20,676 nt of DNA from Fibrobacterota bacterium (GTDB lineage Bacteria; Fibrobacterota; Fibrobacteria; UBA11236), in contig JAYUVP010000182.1 in assembly GCA_043753995.1 (NCBI GenBank), forward strand, positions 1-20,676. Reading direction: 5' to 3'. The notes under the pieces are model-generated. The model ran no database searches. It saw nothing but the letters and a program-made list of their open reading frames with translations, and had not been told where the DNA came from. A program made the position numbers and the translations under genes. Of this stretch, positions 15,113 to 20,676 are shown piece after piece (within the stretch, counting starts at the first letter, position 1; each line of letters begins with the position of its first letter).

Positions 15113-15760
15113 CTAGGGCTTGCGCAACCACCAAGTCGCCATCGAACGACGCCCATTTACCCAAGAGGTCTTGAGCGGCTTCCACCGCCGCGCCGCCAGG
15201 CTTTGTTCCCATGCGTACAGCTCCTCAGCATCAGGTAAAAACCACTCGGCACCATCGGGTTGGCGATAACGCCCCCCACCTAGATCTTGCACCTGGCCCT
15301 CCAGCCCGATGCGGCAACCTAGGCGTATCAAGGCCGTTCCCTGGGGCGCTAAAACTCGCCAAATCCCGGCTAGCATGGATTGAAAATGATCACGGTCACG
15401 GGCGAAATGCAAGACGGCATTGCAGAGCACAGCGTCGAAGCTTGCCTCGGCGAAGGTATTGCTTTCGAGGTTTTCAGCTCGAAACCGCGATTCGGGCAAG
15501 GACGGGTCAAGGCCCAAGGCCAATTCTCGGGCCACATCGAGGGCATCCTCATCAGCATCCAGAGCGCTCACCACAAAGCCATGCCGCAAGAAGTAAGGGA
15601 GATTGCGGCCCGTGCCGCAGCCCGCATCGAGAAAGCGCATGGGTGGCTTCCAATAGCCCTGGAGCAAGGCATCGAAAGCATAAATGTCGATGTCGCCGAA
15701 TTCCTGGCGAAGCAAGGCATGGGAGTCAGGGTCAGGAAGGTTCGTAGGCGATGGGGACAT
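15113..15760 (-). CDS. Class I SAM-dependent methyltransferase (215 aa)
   Basis: FGDIDIY, motif I FLDAGCGTGRN, FDAVLCNAVLHFA, WRVLAPQG. Confidence 0.9.
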   Translation of the reverse strand: MSPSPTNLPDPDSHALLRQEFGDIDIYAFDALLQGYWKPPMRFLDAGCGTGRNLPYFLRHGFVVSALDADEDALDVARELALGLDPSLPESRFRAENLESNTFAEASFDAVLCNAVLHFARDRDHFQSMLAGIWRVLAPQGTALIRLGCRIGLEGQVQDLGGGRYRQPDGAEWFLPDAEELYAWEQSLAARRWKPLKTSWVNGRRSMATWWLRKP

Positions 15761-15915
15761 GACCGAAGCTTAACCACCAAAGCCTCAAATAAAACGACGG
15801 GATCGCAAATCCATTGTTTTCGCCGAAACCAGGTTGCCTTCTGAATTCTCTGCCATCCTCTAGTTTATCGATGCGGAACCGGCCGAGCCGATACATTCCC
15901 CTCGACATTCACCTT

Positions 15916-16638
15916 ATGGCCTCTAACCTTTTTCATCGCACACGCGGCTGGACTTTGAACTTGTCTGGGCATGGCATGCTGGCCATCCATTGCCCCATCT
16001 CCGCCGAACAAGCCGCGAAAATTCACCCCCCTGGCTTTGCCGCCCAAGTTTTCGAGGGAAACCGGTATGTCACCTTATTTACCGGCATGGTCGACCATAT
16101 TTCTTTTTTCGCTGGCATCGAGAGGCCTTTGACCTCACCCTGCTACTTAATAGCCATGCCTGTTTCAACGGGTGAATTACGCGGTTGGTGGGTTATAGAA
16201 GCAGGCATGGGCACCTCCCTGGCTGCCAATTATGCCCAACGTTTCCTGAAAATGCCTCTGCGAATCGACCTCTGGCCTAAAACCAGTTTGGGAGCGGAAG
16301 GGGAAATCGGTTTGCGCCTCCCCAAACGCTTGGAGTGGCTATTCCCCTTGAAAATACAGGGACAAAAGCGCGATACGGATTTCAAGGCCATGCCCGATTC
16401 CCTGGACGCCATTTTGGCTGCTCAGCCCAATTTGATTTTTGCCTCGACGCAAAACGCACTGACCTTAAGCCCCACCTATTTGCCGCCCATGCTTTTGCAT
16501 CGGGTGGATTTAATCGGCGAATCCATCCCAAGGTCGGCAACGGCGCATTGGATGGATAGGTGGAGCCTTATCGCTTGGAGGCCTCAGCGTCTTCCCACGG
16601 CCCAGCCCATTTCATTCACCTCGGAAGGTCGCTTCTAA
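15916..16638 (+). CDS. Divergent DUF2071/YqjF-like protein (start uncertain: 15871 or 15916)
   Basis: Pattern H.PI...A...HPPGF..QVFEG..YVTL...RGWW...LAANYAQRFLKMP resembles DUF2071 (HW.V....LP.GL..D.F.G...LAV..AR....LP), but is degenerate. Confidence 0.55.
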   Translation: MASNLFHRTRGWTLNLSGHGMLAIHCPISAEQAAKIHPPGFAAQVFEGNRYVTLFTGMVDHISFFAGIERPLTSPCYLIAMPVSTGELRGWWVIEAGMGTSLAANYAQRFLKMPLRIDLWPKTSLGAEGEIGLRLPKRLEWLFPLKIQGQKRDTDFKAMPDSLDAILAAQPNLIFASTQNALTLSPTYLPPMLLHRVDLIGESIPRSATAHWMDRWSLIAWRPQRLPTAQPISFTSEGRF

Positions 16639-17060
16639 AATTCGGTTTCAGGCAATCGCCAAGGACCCCCGCGCTCGGCGAAGCGTCGCACGGGTAGAAT
16701 TTCCACACCCCCAACCGACTTCAGGCAGAGTAAAAGCTTATCTGCTGTGAGCAAGGCCTCGGCTCCGCCCGCCAAGGCCGCCTCAATAAATTTATCGTCA
16801 CTTGGATCTTTGCAATAACCCGGCCCCGGCTCAGGATTCACCCACAGGGTTTTGCTTACATCTTGCCAGGCGGTAAGCCACTCCGCCAATTTATCGGCCG
16901 GGCAAAGCGGATGTCGTCCCAAAATGCTGAGGTATTCTGCCAAGACGGGGGGCGACATTACCAAATGCAGGCCATCCGCTTTCCAACCGGTCAAGACCAA
17001 GGCCGCATGGCCGCCAAAGAGCGCGGCCACAAAGGCATTGGTATCGACCACGATTTTCAT
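16635..17060 (-). CDS. PIN-domain protein (PIN_3, putative TA toxin-type RNase, 141 aa)
   Basis: MKIVVDTNAFVAAL, SPPVLAEY, CKDPSDDKFIEAALAGGAEALLTADKLLL. The acidic catalytic residues are present. Confidence 0.9.
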   Translation of the reverse strand: MKIVVDTNAFVAALFGGHAALVLTGWKADGLHLVMSPPVLAEYLSILGRHPLCPADKLAEWLTAWQDVSKTLWVNPEPGPGYCKDPSDDKFIEAALAGGAEALLTADKLLLCLKSVGGVEILPVRRFAERGGPWRLPETEF

Positions 17061-17069
17061 GCCAGATCT

Positions 17070-18038
17070 TTACTCCGAAAATTGCAAAGGAACGGTCACT
17101 TCATCGACGCCCAATTGACGCACAGGCTCGAAGCGCCATGACTTAAGAGATTTCAAAATAGCTTGTTCGAATTCGACATTTCCCGTGGTCGTTCCCAGCA
17201 AGGCGACATCCACGACGGTTCCGCGGGCATCAATGCTGAATCGCACCGTCACCTTGCCTTGCAAACCGATATCGGTGCGCAGGTGCTGATTATATAAATG
17301 CCTCAACCCCGGAGCATGCGATCGCACTACGGCGAGAATGGAGGCTGTCGAGCGTTGACCGGTTTCCTGGTCGCGTGTGATTTCATGGCTGCCCATATTC
17401 GGGGCGCTGGGATTCTTCGTGGGCGCGGTTTTAATACGCGTCACCGCATCTGTTGGCGGGGAAAGATCCACGTCCTCATCGCCATCATGAATGTCGTATT
17501 GAGGATTGAATTCGGTGCTCATTCGGCCCGGTCGACCGGACAAACGGGTAGTGCCTTCGCGCGTGATAACACCCACCATGCTCAGCTTGGGAACATCTCG
17601 AAAAGCTTGCTGAGTCAATTGATAAGCATTCAGCATGGCATTCTGGCCCAGCGAAGTCACCACCGAGGTTTTCAAAGTGCCTAAAGGACTTTTCGGCGTT
17701 TGCGATAAAGCTGGAGCGCCCGCCTTTGGCTTCGCTTGGGGGCGCTTAACAATCTTGGCGGACTTATTCAGATAGGGCTTTAGAATTACGGTGACCGTGG
17801 TCGTATCCGGCTTAGGGACGACAATGCAGCATTCGGTAAGGTCGGGAGGTATCACTCGTATCGCCACCGGAAGGCTAAGCAGGAAAGCGAGACCTAAAGC
17901 TCCCAGACCACCCGAAGATCCCAAGCTGGACCAAAGTCGAGTATCGTCCTCAACAGCCAAGCGTTTCTCCATTGGAGAAATTTCGCTTCGGCTTTTTTGG
18001 GTCCAAGACCAAAGCGATTGCAAATAGGAATTTCCCAT
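17070..18038 (-). CDS. Membrane-anchored TonB-family / AgmX-PglI C-terminal domain protein (322 aa)
   Basis: AGGAGG RBS 6 nt before ATG 18038. Single TM segment, Lys/Pro-rich linker, and C-domain RSTASILAVVRSHAPGLRHLYNQHL..GLQGKVTVRFSI..G.V..EFEQAIL...WRF. Confidence 0.8.
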   Translation of the reverse strand: MGNSYLQSLWSWTQKSRSEISPMEKRLAVEDDTRLWSSLGSSGGLGALGLAFLLSLPVAIRVIPPDLTECCIVVPKPDTTTVTVILKPYLNKSAKIVKRPQAKPKAGAPALSQTPKSPLGTLKTSVVTSLGQNAMLNAYQLTQQAFRDVPKLSMVGVITREGTTRLSGRPGRMSTEFNPQYDIHDGDEDVDLSPPTDAVTRIKTAPTKNPSAPNMGSHEITRDQETGQRSTASILAVVRSHAPGLRHLYNQHLRTDIGLQGKVTVRFSIDARGTVVDVALLGTTTGNVEFEQAILKSLKSWRFEPVRQLGVDEVTVPLQFSE

Positions 18039-18196
18039 GCCATGCCTCCTTGTATATGGGCTTTTTCTTATAGTATTGCTTTCATATGGAAATGCTTTGC
18101 TTAGCCATGCCATTGTCCGGGAACTTTCATCCCGACTCCCTGGGCTCGGGAGGAGGTTTGACTCTATACTATCGCAAAGAACCGAGGGTTAAACCG

Positions 18197-19327
18197 ATGG
18201 GCCACACTTCACTACGAACCTTTACCGCCTACACATTTCGCTTGGCATTCGGCTTGGGCATGGTCCTTGGGGCCTCGCCCACCGCCACGGCGGCCAGTTT
18301 CGATTGTCCGCCAATAGCACCGGGATTGATTTTTCCTACCGACAATCCCTGGCACTTTGATATTTCCGCCTTTCCCCTGCATCCCAATTCCGCCGCCTTG
18401 GTTGCTTCCGTGGGAGCAGGAACGTCCTTGCATCCTGACTTCGGCACGGAATACGAGGGCCAGCCCATGGGTATTCCCTATGTTACGGTAGGGTCTACCC
18501 AAGCAAAATTGCCAGTGACCTATACCGACTATGGCGATGAAAGCGATCCGGGGCCATTTCCCATTCCCTTGACGGCGCCGATTGAGGGCGGGCCACAAAG
18601 CGACGGGGATCGCCATGTCCTTGTCGTCGATACCGTAGCGCGAATGCTCTATGAATTGTATGTCGCGGTACCAGGGGCTCAAGGCTGGTCGGCGGCCAGC
18701 GGTGCCAAATACGATCTCAGACGCAATGATTTGCGACCCGAAGGCTGGACGTCCGCGGATGCCGCTGGCTTACCCATACTGCCCGGCCTGGTACGATGGG
18801 ATGAAGTGCAGCGTGGCGAAATCGACCATGCCATTCGCCTCACGGTCCAGGTGTCACGCCGAAGTTACCTGTATCCTGCCCGTCACCAGGCGGGTAGCAC
18901 GACTTCGGCCAATGCGCCTGCCATGGGCCAGCGCTATCGCCTCAAGGTGAGCTTTGACATCAGCAGCTATCCCGCCTCCATGCAAGTGGTGTTACGCGCC
19001 TTGAAAAAATACGGATTCATCGTAGCCGACAATGGTGGCAATTGGTTTTTCTCCGGTTCTCCGCATTCCCAATGGAAGGATGAAGAAATCAATACTTTGA
19101 AAAAGCTAAAAGGGTCTGACTTTGAGGCTGTACTTTCCGTCAACGATCAGGGCCAACCTATTTTACCGGCCCCGGTGCGCCGGGAGTGGGTGACTCCAAA
19201 AGCGAAAAATCGACCGAGGCTCACCGAGGTAAAAACCGGTTTTTGGATCATTTCCAGTGACAATGGCCGAACCCGCAATCTTTTAGGGGCTAATGCGAGC
19301 CTTCCCATTCGGCTAAAAACTCGGTGA
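18197..19327 (+). CDS. Secreted conserved hypothetical protein (376 aa)
   Basis: Signal peptide. Motifs FPTDNPW, GIPY, DGDRHVLVVD, WTSADAAGLPILPGLVR.DEV, IDHAIR, MGQRYRLK, ALKKYG.IVADNG, which I recognise from a widespread uncharacterised family. Confidence 0.75.
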   Translation: MGHTSLRTFTAYTFRLAFGLGMVLGASPTATAASFDCPPIAPGLIFPTDNPWHFDISAFPLHPNSAALVASVGAGTSLHPDFGTEYEGQPMGIPYVTVGSTQAKLPVTYTDYGDESDPGPFPIPLTAPIEGGPQSDGDRHVLVVDTVARMLYELYVAVPGAQGWSAASGAKYDLRRNDLRPEGWTSADAAGLPILPGLVRWDEVQRGEIDHAIRLTVQVSRRSYLYPARHQAGSTTSANAPAMGQRYRLKVSFDISSYPASMQVVLRALKKYGFIVADNGGNWFFSGSPHSQWKDEEINTLKKLKGSDFEAVLSVNDQGQPILPAPVRREWVTPKAKNRPRLTEVKTGFWIISSDNGRTRNLLGANASLPIRLKTR

Positions 19328-19973
19328 CGAAGGCCGCCATGACCGCATGGCGGTTTTCGGCAATGGCGCGAGCGGCAGGGGTATGCAATTTGTCTTTGAG
19401 CTTGAATAGTTTTTCGTAAAAATGATTGAGTGAGCTTTGCTTGCCTTCGCGATACTGGCTCAAAGTCAAGCCTTCGCGCGGCATTAAGTCGGGATTGTGC
19501 ATGGGCTGCCCCTTCCGCCCACCATAAGCAAAACAGCGTGCAATCCCTATCGCGCCAATGGCATCCAACCTGTCGGCATCCTGCACCACTTGAAAAGCAA
19601 GCGGGGTCGGGCCATCCCCCGCAATGGCGCCTGACAGCGAGGCCGAAAAACTTTGGCCCGTCACGATTTGAAGGATTTGATGTGCCTCATCGCCTTCCAA
19701 AGGCATGGTAGCCAAAATTTGCCGCAATCGGGACATGGCTTCGCCGGGATCTCCCATCAATTTGGCGTCCGTGGCGTCATGCAATAGCGCCGCCACTTCG
19801 ACTATCAAGGCATTTGCACCCACGGCCTCGGCCAAATGCAAAGCCATGCGCCGAACCCTATCAAGATGAAAGCGATCGTGGCCACTCGAATCGCCCTCGA
19901 CCAAGGCAAAGGCGAAAGTTTCGGCCATGGACACGCAGCGTTGATGACGAGAAGAAGAATCGATGAATGACAT
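19290..19973 (-). CDS. HD-domain phosphohydrolase, YedJ-like (227 aa)
   Basis: SGHDRFHLDRVRR, AALLHD..D.K, VVQDADRLDAIGAIGIARCFAYGG, NHFYEKLFKLK..T..AR..A..RH. Confidence 0.9.
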   Translation of the reverse strand: MSFIDSSSRHQRCVSMAETFAFALVEGDSSGHDRFHLDRVRRMALHLAEAVGANALIVEVAALLHDATDAKLMGDPGEAMSRLRQILATMPLEGDEAHQILQIVTGQSFSASLSGAIAGDGPTPLAFQVVQDADRLDAIGAIGIARCFAYGGRKGQPMHNPDLMPREGLTLSQYREGKQSSLNHFYEKLFKLKDKLHTPAARAIAENRHAVMAAFVTEFLAEWEGSH

Positions 19974-20073
19974 GTCGGCGAAGATAAAAACCCGGGACAA
20001 AATCGTGCATGAAATAGACGACCTCGCTCTTGCCTTGTAGCTTATCTAGCATCAGGCGGAATTGAATAGCATC

Positions 20074-20676
20074 ATGAAAATCAAAGCCCTCGGCCTTTTC
20101 CTTACCTTATCCTTTTTGAGCTGCACCTGGGACGGGGTCACCGACAAAATCACGAATGCCACGCCGCCGCCGCCGGACACCTTGGCCTTGCAATCCCAAA
20201 AAATCGCGGGACAAATTCAACGCTATCAAAACCAAATCACCACCTTGCGCGGCATGGTTTATAAGCGAGACGTCAAATCCACGGTGATCACCCGTGAAGA
20301 CTATCGCCGCATGACGTCATCTGAAATCGACGCCTCGCTTAGCGATAGCCTATCGCGCAATATTTCCATTGAACTGGCCCAATGGGGATTTTTCACCGAC
20401 ACGACCCTGAATTATAAGGACCTTTTCAAATCCTTCGAGGGCGGTTTTGCAGCGGGTTTTTATATCGGCGGCAGCGACTCCGTTTTCGTGCTGTCGGAAT
20501 ACGTTGAAAATGAAATTCATTTGCTTCATATCCTGCCCCATGAATTGGTGCATGCCCTGCAAGACCAATATGGTCGGCTGAGGCGTCCACGTATCACCGA
20601 TTCTGCGACCGCCTTTTATCAGAGCGATGTCGATGCCTTTCACCGGGCTCTCATCGAAGGCGAGGCCGCGTTTCTA
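20074..20676 (+). CDS. Lipoprotein with HExxH zinc-metallopeptidase motif (3'-truncated by window edge)
   Basis: Hand translation: MKIKALGLFLTLSFLSC (lipobox) ... LRGM.YKRDV ... AAGFY ... ILPHELVHALQDQY ... ALIEGEA. Open for 201 codons to the window end. Not in the ORF track. Confidence 0.85.
   Translation, partial: MKIKALGLFLTLSFLSCTWDGVTDKITNATPPPPDTLALQSQKIAGQIQRYQNQITTLRGMVYKRDVKSTVITREDYRRMTSSEIDASLSDSLSRNISIELAQWGFFTDTTLNYKDLFKSFEGGFAAGFYIGGSDSVFVLSEYVENEIHLLHILPHELVHALQDQYGRLRRPRITDSATAFYQSDVDAFHRALIEGEAAFL

Noticed and set aside
13241..17060. Helicase + methyltransferase + PIN as an anti-phage defence island
   Set aside because: The methyltransferase is a small-molecule class I type with no DPPY/NPPY or PC motif. 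The PIN gene is separated by an opposite-strand gene, and there are no mobility genes or clear GC anomaly.
18119..18150. GGAACTT as an ECF sigma -35 element
   Set aside because: No matching -10 (GTCnAA/CGT-type) at 16-17 nt spacing.
1..20676. CRISPR arrays, tRNA/rRNA, IS elements, integrases
   Set aside because: No periodic repeats, cloverleaf or rRNA signatures, or transposase/integrase motifs were seen by eye.

Overview
A gene-dense bacterial chromosomal segment (mostly about 55-60% GC by eye) with about 21 CDS. I saw no rRNA, tRNA, CRISPR array or mobile element. The TonB/AgmX-PglI-type protein and the secreted-protein C-terminal tails suggest a free-living, flagellated member of Fibrobacterota (inference). 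Gene order: truncated SatD-like gene, DUF3307-like membrane protein, DHH phosphoesterase, stand-alone flgM, aspartate kinase, cNMP/DUF4388 protein, HrpA helicase, ankyrin lipoprotein, YD-repeat-like secreted protein, HupE/UreJ protein, T9SS-type esterase, sulfotransferase, Pif1-like helicase, DUF6176 protein, SAM methyltransferase, DUF2071-like protein, PIN protein, TonB C-terminal protein, conserved secreted hypothetical, HD hydrolase, and a truncated HExxH lipoprotein. The two edge genes are absent from the ORF track. Best leads: (1) a near-identical sigma28-type promoter (CTCAAGTCCCTT-N9-TCCGAT) upstream of both flgM and the sulfotransferase 11 kb away, suggesting flagellar-regulon sulfation; (2) a coupled SatD-like/membrane protein/DHH trio that could be a nucleotide-signalling module; (3) short T9SS-CTD-like tails on secreted proteins. 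All family calls come from motif recognition, not database searches.
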